Positions 9,242-16,811 of a stretch of 64,000 nucleotides of DNA are shown one piece after another. The stretch's first letter is position 1. Each line of letters starts with the position of its first letter. The notes under the pieces are model-generated. The model saw nothing but the letters and a program-made list of their open reading frames with translations. It had not been told where the DNA came from and did no database searches. Origin of the DNA: Candidatus Eiseniibacteriota bacterium (lineage in GTDB: Bacteria > Eisenbacteria > RBG-16-71-46); the NCBI GenBank assembly GCA_041483195.1, contig JBGPFC010000009.1:1-64000 (forward strand), in the 5' to 3' direction. The translations under genes and the position numbers were made by a program.

Positions 9242-10255
9242 TCACGCCGCGATCCACTCGACGCCGCGCTCGCCGCTCGTGATCGTGCCGATCTCGAAAA
9301 CGGTTTCGCCGGCGGCGGTCAACTCGCCCGCCAGGGCGCGGGCCTCCTCGGGAGCGCTCACCACGATCATGCCGATGCCGAGGTTGAACGCGCTGCGCGC
9401 GTCGTCGATCGGCACCCCGCCGGCCTCGATCAGCCAGCGGAACAGCGGGGGCATGGTCCAGCTCGCGGCATCGATGCGCGCGCGGCATCCCGCCGGCAGC
9501 ACGCGCGGGAGATTCCCCGCGATCCCGCCGCCCGTGACGTGCGCCAGCGCGTGCACGCGGGCAAGCGCCGGCGTGAGCGCGCGCCCGTACCAGCGGTGGG
9601 GCGCCAGCAACGCGTCCATGACGCGTTCGCCGTTGCCGCGTGGAAGCGGAGCGCGGGGATCGATCCCAGCGCCGGCCAGCACCCGGCGGGCGAGTGAGTA
9701 ACCGTTGGTATGAAGCCCGGTGGAGGCCAGCCCGAGCACGCGATCGCCGACGCGAACCCGCTCGCCATCGATCAGGCGCTCGCGCTCCACCACTCCCAGC
9801 ATGCAGCCCGCGACGTCGACGACACCCGGCGCGTAGGTGTCGGGCATCTCCGCGGTCTCGCCTCCCAGCAGGACGGCGCCCACCTCGCGGCAGGCGCGGG
9901 CCATCCCCTCGACCGCCGCGAGCACGATCGCGGGATCGAGGCGCGCCTGCGCGACGTAGTCGAGAAACGCGAGCGGCCGCGCGCCGTGAACCAGGAGATC
10001 GTTCGCCCCGTGAAAGACGAGATCCGCAGCGGCGTCGCCCACCCGGCCGGCCTCGAGCGCCAGATGGAGCTTGGTCCCGACACCATCCATCGAGGCGGCG
10101 AGCAGCGCCCCCCCCGCCGGCCATTCCATCACTCCCGCGAAACCCTCGGCCGGACCCCTGAAGCCGTCGCCCCAGGTGGAACGCACCGCGCGGCCCAGCG
10201 CGGACTTGATCGCGTCGGAACGCGCGAGATCGACTCCGGCTTCGCGGTAGCGCAT
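9242..10255 (-). CDS. purM: Phosphoribosylformylglycinamidine cyclo-ligase
   Basis: YREAGVD, DGVGTKL, GGETAEMP, GLHTNGYSL, HVTGGG and FNLGIGM motifs. TGATG overlap with the HD-GYP stop. Confidence 0.97.
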   Translation of the reverse strand: MRYREAGVDLARSDAIKSALGRAVRSTWGDGFRGPAEGFAGVMEWPAGGALLAASMDGVGTKLHLALEAGRVGDAAADLVFHGANDLLVHGARPLAFLDYVAQARLDPAIVLAAVEGMARACREVGAVLLGGETAEMPDTYAPGVVDVAGCMLGVVERERLIDGERVRVGDRVLGLASTGLHTNGYSLARRVLAGAGIDPRAPLPRGNGERVMDALLAPHRWYGRALTPALARVHALAHVTGGGIAGNLPRVLPAGCRARIDAASWTMPPLFRWLIEAGGVPIDDARSAFNLGIGMIVVSAPEEARALAGELTAAGETVFEIGTITSGERGVEWIAA

Positions 10256-11613
10256 CAGCCTCGCGCCCGGAGCGGCTTGATGCGCAGCAGCAGCAGGTCC
10301 TCGCTGCTCGGGCTCGGGATGAGTGGAAACTGCCCGGCGGCATGGAGCCGCAGCAGGCACTCGACCACGCCCTCGTCGAATTGGGTGCCGGCCCCGCGCT
10401 TCAATTCCTGGAGCGCGGCCTGCAGCGACAGCGCGCGACGATACGGCCGATCCGAGGTCATCGCGTCGAATGCGTCGCTCACGTTCAGGATGCGCGCGCC
10501 GAGCGGCACGTCGGCGGCCTTGAGCCCGAACGGGTAACCCTGCCCGTCGGGGCGCTCGTGATGACTGCGCACGATCTCGGCCGCCCGGCGCAGCGCCCGC
10601 ACCCGCGCCACGATCTCCGCCCCCGCCGCCGGATGCGCACGCAGCGTGCGCTGCTCCTCATGCGAGAGCGTTCCCGGCTTCTGGAGAATGTGCTGGTGCT
10701 GGGGCCCGATCTTCCCCAGATCGTGCACCAGCGCCGCGTACTCGACCTCCTCGACCTCGTGCTCGGGAAGCCGCATGCCGCGCGCGAGACGCACCGCGTA
10801 CTGCGAGACTCGCACCGAGTGGTGCCGCGTGTACGGGTCGATCTCTTCGAGCACTTCGGTGAGCGCCCGCACGAAATCCTTGAGGTCTGACTTGATCTCG
10901 ACGTACAAGCCGAACGAATGCCGCGCGACCAGAAACGGGATGCCGAACAGCACGAGCGCCCACGGCCCGGTGCTGACGTAAACGACGACCACCAGGGTCC
11001 CGAGCGCGATGAAAGACAGATGATGGAGGATCCCTCGCAGGAAGTTGCTCTGCCACACCCGCCACGGGCTGGGGCCGGAGGTGAGCCCGATCACGGTGGA
11101 GACCATCACGGAGTTGGCGATGAAGTAGGCCCCGCCGCAGCCCAGCAGGGCGGGGATGTCCCGCGGGAACGCGAGCGATCCCGCTCGTCCTCCCAGCGCA
11201 TGAAACGCCCAGCCACTCGCGAAGTAGGTCACCGTGAAATTGGCGAGATTGTGGATCACGCGCACGCGGGGCCGCCGCTGGATGAAGCCCTCGTTCACCG
11301 TGGTGCTGACCAGCGAGAGCCACGACGTATAGACCGGCCCCAGCACGACCAGGCAGGGCAGATCGAACACCCCGCTGGCGGTCGCGTAACCCCCGCTCGG
11401 CAGAGCGACCGGGCGCGCGTCGCCGAGCAGCATGAGCACCAGCACCGTGCCGAGCAGGAGCGGAGAGATCGGCCCCGCGCCGGGCGTGAATCGCGCCAGC
11501 AGCACGACCGCCGCCAGCAGCACGACGCCGTAGTACAGGCGGAACAATCTCGGGTGTAGGGATGGGGATGAACTCTTCAACGTCGCTCGATCGGGGGGCG
11601 CGGACTTCGACAT
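10255..11613 (-). CDS. Membrane-integral HD-GYP cyclic-dinucleotide phosphodiesterase
   Basis: About 7-8 hydrophobic segments followed by YTRHHS, HDLGKIG, HHERPDGQGYP and DAFDAMTSDRPYR. Start uncertain (GTG 11652, ATG 11613 or TTG 11580). Confidence 0.9.
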   Translation of the reverse strand: MSKSAPPDRATLKSSSPSLHPRLFRLYYGVVLLAAVVLLARFTPGAGPISPLLLGTVLVLMLLGDARPVALPSGGYATASGVFDLPCLVVLGPVYTSWLSLVSTTVNEGFIQRRPRVRVIHNLANFTVTYFASGWAFHALGGRAGSLAFPRDIPALLGCGGAYFIANSVMVSTVIGLTSGPSPWRVWQSNFLRGILHHLSFIALGTLVVVVYVSTGPWALVLFGIPFLVARHSFGLYVEIKSDLKDFVRALTEVLEEIDPYTRHHSVRVSQYAVRLARGMRLPEHEVEEVEYAALVHDLGKIGPQHQHILQKPGTLSHEEQRTLRAHPAAGAEIVARVRALRRAAEIVRSHHERPDGQGYPFGLKAADVPLGARILNVSDAFDAMTSDRPYRRALSLQAALQELKRGAGTQFDEGVVECLLRLHAAGQFPLIPSPSSEDLLLLRIKPLRARG

Positions 11614-11665
11614 GGAGGGAGGCACATCGCGAACGGAAGACGAGACCGACACCAGCTTCGGAGGT

Positions 11666-11689
11666 TCCCCGCGACCTAAGGCCGCGAGA
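11666..11689 (-). other. GC-rich stem-loop between the peptide ORF and the HD-GYP gene
   Basis: Minus strand TCTCGCGGCC-TTA-GGTCGCGGGGA, about 10 bp including G-U pairs, with no U-tract. Confidence 0.5.
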
Positions 11690-11703
11690 TCACGAGCCGC
11701 TGC

Positions 11704-11754
11704 TTACCAGCCGGCCTTGGTGAAGAAGTTCACGAGCTCGAGGATGTAGTCCAC
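11704..11754 (-). CDS. 16-aa small peptide MDYILELVNFFTKAGW
   Basis: GTG start 7 nt after AAGGAGGT (11762-11769); TAA stop; all 16 sense codons end in G or C. Confidence 0.75.
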   Translation of the reverse strand: MDYILELVNFFTKAGW

Positions 11755-11825
11755 GAAGCCCACCTCCTTTTGGAATTTCTCTGCGGGGGAACTGGATGAC
11801 TTCCCGAACAGGTGGGTCCGCTTCG

Positions 11826-12608
11826 CTACTCGAGGGTTGGCTTCGCTCCGCTGGCCTCCTGGGTCGATGCCGGTCTCAAGACATATTCGATTGGTTCTCG
11901 GGTCTGCAGCCCGCCCAGCACGCGATTGAGTGCCGCGAGTGTGGCGAGCGCTACGGCCTGCTGCGTATCCTGCTCCACGTTGCAGCATCCCACCAGCATT
12001 TTTTCGTGGCGATGGGCCAGCAGCGAGAGCCCCACCACCACCACGTCCTGCCTCGCGAAGCGGACGATATCGACGCCGGTCACGCTCAGCGCCCACTCGT
12101 CATCGAGGAATTCCTGGATGGCGGAGATGCTCGCCGCCGCGATCAGGGCGTGCGCCCCCTCACGCGTCGCGCTGCCCGAGGCGCTTCCCATGCGGGCGAT
12201 GCCCTTCCAGCGCAATTCCACCTGGGCCTGAGCCCTGGCCCCCGAGACGTAGACGTTGACGCTGCCGAAGCGCACGCGCTCCGCGTCGGATGCGGCGTGA
12301 GCCTCCGGCGCGTTCGGGGCGATGCGCTCGACCGCGGCGGGCGCCGGCCCGGGGCGGGTGTATGCCACCGAGACCACGCGATGATCGATGGGGCGGTTGA
12401 AGCGGGTGAGCAGCAGGGTCTGAACGTCGCGGACGATCTGCTTGGCGGGGCGGCCCGAAGTGGTGAGGACGTGCACCTCACGCACTTCTTCTCCTTCGGT
12501 CTGAACGCTGGCGCCTTCGACGTCGCGCAGCGTGCGGATCGCGGCTTCCACCTGCCTCGCCCAGGAGAGATGCGTCGCGTCGACGGCCACCCTGTCCTCC
12601 ATGCCCAT
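11826..12608 (-). CDS. Hypothetical two-domain cytoplasmic protein; C-terminal part resembles the LeuA allosteric (regulatory) domain
   Basis: N-terminal EVHVLTTSGRPAKQIVRDVQ domain, Pro/Ala linker, then a duplicated beta-beta-beta-alpha pattern ending DTQQAVALATLAALNRVL. GGAG SD before ATG 12608. Confidence 0.75.
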   Translation of the reverse strand: MGMEDRVAVDATHLSWARQVEAAIRTLRDVEGASVQTEGEEVREVHVLTTSGRPAKQIVRDVQTLLLTRFNRPIDHRVVSVAYTRPGPAPAAVERIAPNAPEAHAASDAERVRFGSVNVYVSGARAQAQVELRWKGIARMGSASGSATREGAHALIAAASISAIQEFLDDEWALSVTGVDIVRFARQDVVVVGLSLLAHRHEKMLVGCCNVEQDTQQAVALATLAALNRVLGGLQTREPIEYVLRPASTQEASGAKPTLE

Positions 12609-12627
12609 GGGAACTTTTCTCCGGGAA

Positions 12628-12636
12628 ATGCTATCA
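12628..12636 (-). promoter_or_regulatory. Putative extended -10 promoter for the cassette
   Basis: TGATAGCAT (TGn + TAGCAT) 19 nt upstream of ATG 12608, with a weak TAGCAA -35 18 nt upstream of the hexamer. Confidence 0.4.
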
Positions 12637-12654
12637 CACGCTCCAAGGCTGTTG

Positions 12655-13617
12655 CTACGACTCATCCTCGAAGATCGGCTCGAGGTCGAAGTGCACCATC
12701 CGGTGGAGCAGGGCGACCCGCTGCGTAATCTCCTCCGGGCCGGTTTCGACCAATCGCCGGGGGCTGAACCCCTCGATCGCGATCGAGGCCATGGCGGTGC
12801 CACAGGCCAGCGCCTGCCGCAGCGCCTCGCCGTCGCGGCGGCCGCAGCGCGCGAGCCAGCCCAGAAATCCGCCCGCGAACGAGTCGCCGGCCCCGGTCGG
12901 ATCGGTGAGCGCCTCCACCGGATAGGCGGGGGTGATGAACCGCTCGTCGCGCGATCGATAGAGCGCGCCGTGTTCGCCTTTCTTCACGATCACGGCGCGG
13001 GCGCCCTGCTCCAGCAGGCGGTCGGCGGCACGGACCAGCTGGGTCTCCCCCGCCAGCGCGCGGGCCTCTTCTTCGTTCAGCAGCGCGACGTCCACCTGGC
13101 GCAGAACCTCGAGGACGCGATCCGGCTTGCGTGCGATCCAGTAGTTCATCGTGTCTGAGAGCGTGAGGCGGGGCGAGTGCATCTGGCTCAGCACCTCGAG
13201 CTGCAGGTCCGGGTCGATGTTGGCGAGAAACACGAACGGGCTCGCGCGGTGCCGCTCGTCGAGCTTCGGATGAAAGGTGGAGAATACGTTGAGCTGGGTC
13301 TCGAGGGTGTGGGCGTGCCCGAGCTCGACGTTGTACTCGCCGCGCCATCGGAACGTGCGGCCGGCCGCGGTTTCGAGGCCCCCCAAGTCCACGCCCCTGC
13401 CCTCGAACACGCCGCGATGACCAGCCGGGAAGTCTTCCCCCACCACCGCCACCAGACGCACCGGCGCGAAATGGCTGGCCGAGAGCGAAAAGTACGAGGC
13501 CGAGCCACCGAGCGCCTCGTCCGCCGCCCCGAACGGCGTGCGCACCGAGTCCAGCGCGACCGACCCCACCACCACGATCTCGCGCGCGGCGCTCGCGTCC
13601 CGCTCCGCGTGCCTCAC
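12655..13617 (-). CDS. PfkB-family carbohydrate/nucleoside kinase
   Basis: VVGSVALD, LGGSASY, NEEEA, KKGEHG and DPTGAGDSFAGG motifs. GTG overlaps argS stop. Confidence 0.92.
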   Translation of the reverse strand: MRHAERDASAAREIVVVGSVALDSVRTPFGAADEALGGSASYFSLSASHFAPVRLVAVVGEDFPAGHRGVFEGRGVDLGGLETAAGRTFRWRGEYNVELGHAHTLETQLNVFSTFHPKLDERHRASPFVFLANIDPDLQLEVLSQMHSPRLTLSDTMNYWIARKPDRVLEVLRQVDVALLNEEEARALAGETQLVRAADRLLEQGARAVIVKKGEHGALYRSRDERFITPAYPVEALTDPTGAGDSFAGGFLGWLARCGRRDGEALRQALACGTAMASIAIEGFSPRRLVETGPEEITQRVALLHRMVHFDLEPIFEDES

Positions 13618-15341
13618 GTCACGCTCTCCGTCGCGCGCGACATGCGCTCCGGTGCGGATACGCCCATCAACGCGAGCCCGTTCCGCAGCACGATCCGCGC
13701 GGCTTCGGCGAGCCGCAGCCGCGCGCGCGACCGCGCGACGTCGTCCGAGACCACGCGGCACGCGTGATAGAAGCGGTGAAAGGCCGCGGCCGTCTCGAGC
13801 AGGTAGGCCGGGACGCGGTGCGGCTCGCGCGCGAACGCCGCGCCCCGAACCACCTCGGGAAAAGCGGCGAGCTTGCGAATCAGCGCGATCTCCTCGGCGG
13901 CTCCATGGGACGCATCGCCGTCGGCCGGCTCCAGGCCGCGCTCCGACGCGAAGCGCAGGATCGACGCGATGCGGGCGTGCGCGTACTGCACGTAGTATGC
14001 GGGATTCTCGTCGTTCTGCCGCCGCGCGAGGTCGAGGTCGAAGTCGAGGTGAGCGTTGGTCGAACGCATCAGGAAGAAGAATTTCGCGCAATCGGACCCG
14101 ATATCGTCCATCAGATCGCGCAACGAGACGAATTCGCCGGCCCGCTTGCTCATCTTCACCGGCGCGCCTCCCGACATCAGGTTGACCTGCTGGACGATCA
14201 GCACCTCGAGAAAGTCGGGCTCGAGCCCGAGCGCCTGGAGCGCGGCCTTCATGCGCGGCACGTAACCGTGATGATCGGGCCCCCACAGGTCGATCGCGTG
14301 CCGGAATCCTCGCCCGTGCTTGTCGCGGTGGTAGGCGATATCGGGCAACAGATAGGTCGGGGCGCCGTTGCTCTTCACGATCACGCGGTCCAGGTCGTCG
14401 CCGAAGCGTGCCGTGCGGAGGAAGGTCGCGGGCTCGAGTCCGACGTCGGCATCCTCCGGCGCCGGCGGGCGGTCCCCGGACCACGCCTCGGGCTGGCGCG
14501 CGCGGTAGACCATGCCCCGCCCTTCCAGCTCGGCGAGCGTCGCGGCCACCGCGCCCGATGCGTGCAGCTCGGACTCGCGAAACCAGCGCGAGAACTCCGC
14601 GCCGTATTCCGCCAGGTCGCGGCGCTGCCATTCGAGCACGCGGTCGAGCGCCCGGTCGCGGAACCAGTGGCCGCCCTCCGGGCGATCGAGCGCGGCCCGG
14701 GCATCGGTCTCCGGGAGCGTCGCGGCGAGATCGCGAACGTACTCCCCCCGATAACCGTTCTCGGGAACGGGTCGCGGAATTCCCACGCGCTCCGCGAAAC
14801 GCGCGGCCATCGACTCGCCGAGCAGGTCGGCCTGATTCCCGGCGTCGTTCACGTAGAACTCGCCTTCGGCATGGTGCCCGGTCGCGTTGAGCAGGCGCAC
14901 GAGCGCCGCCCCGACCGCCGCCGCGCGCGCGCTCACGACGTTGAGCGGTCCGGTCGGATTGGCACTCACGTACTCGACCAGCATCCTCGAGCCACCGGCG
15001 TGATCCGCCTCGCCGAAGCGATCGCCGGCCCGCGCGATGACGGCGGGCAGGCGATCGAGGAAGGCCGCGCTGTACCGGAAATTGATGAACCCCGGGCCGG
15101 CGACCTCGACGCTCGAGAACAGAGCGGGGTCGAGCGGAAACGCGGCCGACAGCGACTGGGCCAGGGCGCGCGGCGGGCGCCCGGCCTCGCGCGCGAGCAG
15201 CAGCGCGAGGTTGGTGGTCCAGTCGCCGTGTCCGGCTTCGCGCGGCACCGCGAGCTCGAGCTTCGCGAGTCGCCCGGGATCCCAGAGTTCCACGCGCTTC
15301 AGCGCATCGGCGAATCCGTCAGTCAGCGCTTTCCAGACCAA
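13614..15341 (-). CDS. argS: Arginine--tRNA ligase
   Basis: AGPGFINF, EYVSANPTGPL, DIAYH, GPDHHGY, KMSKRAG and YVQYAHAR motifs. TTG start with GAGGAG SD. HIGH site reads NVVS. Confidence 0.95.
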   Translation of the reverse strand: MVWKALTDGFADALKRVELWDPGRLAKLELAVPREAGHGDWTTNLALLLAREAGRPPRALAQSLSAAFPLDPALFSSVEVAGPGFINFRYSAAFLDRLPAVIARAGDRFGEADHAGGSRMLVEYVSANPTGPLNVVSARAAAVGAALVRLLNATGHHAEGEFYVNDAGNQADLLGESMAARFAERVGIPRPVPENGYRGEYVRDLAATLPETDARAALDRPEGGHWFRDRALDRVLEWQRRDLAEYGAEFSRWFRESELHASGAVAATLAELEGRGMVYRARQPEAWSGDRPPAPEDADVGLEPATFLRTARFGDDLDRVIVKSNGAPTYLLPDIAYHRDKHGRGFRHAIDLWGPDHHGYVPRMKAALQALGLEPDFLEVLIVQQVNLMSGGAPVKMSKRAGEFVSLRDLMDDIGSDCAKFFFLMRSTNAHLDFDLDLARRQNDENPAYYVQYAHARIASILRFASERGLEPADGDASHGAAEEIALIRKLAAFPEVVRGAAFAREPHRVPAYLLETAAAFHRFYHACRVVSDDVARSRARLRLAEAARIVLRNGLALMGVSAPERMSRATESVT

Positions 15342-15744
15342 GGTCCAGGCTCCTCGCGTCACCCCACAGGCGATCGAGCATGTAGTACTCGCGGGTCTTC
15401 TCGTGGAAGACGTGGACCACGACCTCGACGTAATCGAGCAGCACCCAGCGCCGTCCTTCGTATCCCTCGACGTGCCAGGCACGCGCGCCGCGTTCCCGCA
15501 ACTTGTCCTCGACCGCCTCCGCCACCGCCTTCACCTGCACCGCGCTCGATGCCGAACAGATCAGGAAATAATCGCACACGCCGCCCAGCTCACGCAGGTC
15601 GAGGGCCACCGGATCGCTCGCCTTCTTGCCGACGGCTGCGGCCGCGGCGATCCGGACGATCTCGACCGCGGTGGGCGGCGCCGGCGCGCGGGAGCGTCCG
15701 CTGCCGGTCGCGGCCTCGGGGCGATGATGGACGCGCGGCGTCAA
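15319..15744 (-). CDS. rsfS: Ribosome silencing factor
   Basis: KKASD, DYFLICS, EG..WVLLDY and REYYMLDRLW motifs. Probable TTG start overlapping the upstream stop. Confidence 0.93.
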   Translation of the reverse strand: MTPRVHHRPEAATGSGRSRAPAPPTAVEIVRIAAAAAVGKKASDPVALDLRELGGVCDYFLICSASSAVQVKAVAEAVEDKLRERGARAWHVEGYEGRRWVLLDYVEVVVHVFHEKTREYYMLDRLWGDARSLDLGLESAD

Positions 15745-16724
15745 TGGTCGCGCCGCACCGCGTAGTCGACGGCGCGGTCGAGCGCCCGGCGGGCGGCCCC
15801 ATCGGGCTCCCCGTCGAGAATGCCCCTCGCCGCTTCGGCCAGCGCGAGCGAGCGGTTGCGCGCGTATTCGAACCCGCCGCACTTGTCCACCAGCGCCTTC
15901 AGCTGGTGCCATTGCGCGGGCGTCCAGCGCTTGCGCAGGGCGAGTTGTCTGAGTTTGCGGCGATCGCTCTCGGTGGCCGAACGGAGCGCGGCGATCAGCG
16001 GGAGCGTCACCTTTCCTTCCGCCAGGTCGTATCCCACCGGCTTCCCGGTGGTACGCGAGTCGGCCTGGTAGTCGAACAGGTCGTCCACGATCTGGAACGC
16101 GACCCCGACCACCTCGCCGAAGCGGCGGTACCGCTCGCGCCGCTGCGGGTGCCGCCGCCCACCGTTGAGCCCGGCCCCGATCTCGGTGGCCGCGCCGATC
16201 AGCGAGCCGGTCTTCGCGCGCACCAGCTCTTCGTACTGCTCCTCGGTCACGTCGAGATTGTACGCGTACTGAAATTCGAGGGCCTCGCCACATGACATCT
16301 CGGTCACCACCCGCGCGAGGATCCCCATCGCGGTGTCGAACTTGTGCTCGACCAGCAGGCGCATCGCCTGCGCGTACAGGTAGTCGCCCATGATGATCGC
16401 CATCTCGTCGGTCCAGAGACCGTTTACGGTCGGCCGGCCGCGGCGCAAGTCGCTGCGGTCCACGGAGTCGTCGTGAATGAGGGCGGCCGCGTGCACCATC
16501 TCCACCACCGTCGCGCACAGCACGGCGTCCTCGCCCACGTGGCCGCGCAGGCGCGCGACCAGCAACAGCAGCGTGGGACGGAATTTCTTGCCCCGGGTGG
16601 CGAGCACGTGGCCGCCTACCTGGTTCAAGATCGGGATGGGGGTGCGAAACGCGTCACGGAGGTGGCCCTGGACCCGCTCCAGTTCGCGCCGCACCGGCTT
16701 TTGGACCGCGGTCATGGTCATCAT
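15741..16724 (-). CDS. Long-chain polyprenyl diphosphate synthase
   Basis: GKKFRP, FARM IHDDSVD..RRG, KTG, and SARM FQIVDDLFD. Ala at position -5 of FARM suggests a long-chain product. Confidence 0.93.
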   Translation of the reverse strand: MMTMTAVQKPVRRELERVQGHLRDAFRTPIPILNQVGGHVLATRGKKFRPTLLLLVARLRGHVGEDAVLCATVVEMVHAAALIHDDSVDRSDLRRGRPTVNGLWTDEMAIIMGDYLYAQAMRLLVEHKFDTAMGILARVVTEMSCGEALEFQYAYNLDVTEEQYEELVRAKTGSLIGAATEIGAGLNGGRRHPQRRERYRRFGEVVGVAFQIVDDLFDYQADSRTTGKPVGYDLAEGKVTLPLIAALRSATESDRRKLRQLALRKRWTPAQWHQLKALVDKCGGFEYARNRSLALAEAARGILDGEPDGAARRALDRAVDYAVRRDH

Positions 16725-16781
16725 CGGGCTCGAATCGGGGCGTGAAGGCCTTAGCCCCTGCTCCTCTCTAAGGCGCGCGGC

Positions 16782-16811
16782 AGGATACGGGCCGCCCTGA
16801 AAAGGTGTCAA
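16782..16811 (-). promoter_or_regulatory. Sigma70-type promoter upstream of the prenyl synthase gene
   Basis: TTGACA-N18-TATCCT; the -35 box overlaps the cca stop codon. Confidence 0.65.

Noticed and set aside
11770..11825. Possible c-di-GMP riboswitch upstream of the peptide/HD-GYP
   Set aside because: Only a short GGGAA/TTCCC hairpin is present. I could not see the conserved class I or class II motifs; an Infernal search would be decisive.
11704..12096. 130-aa minus-strand ORF in the track
   Set aside because: Most of it overlaps the 11826-12608 gene out of frame. Only the last 16 codons have an SD and a coding-like pattern.
12630..12645. Possible sigma54 promoter (TGGAGCGTGTGATAGC) before the LeuA-like gene
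   Set aside because: GG-to-GC spacing is 11 nt instead of the required 10.
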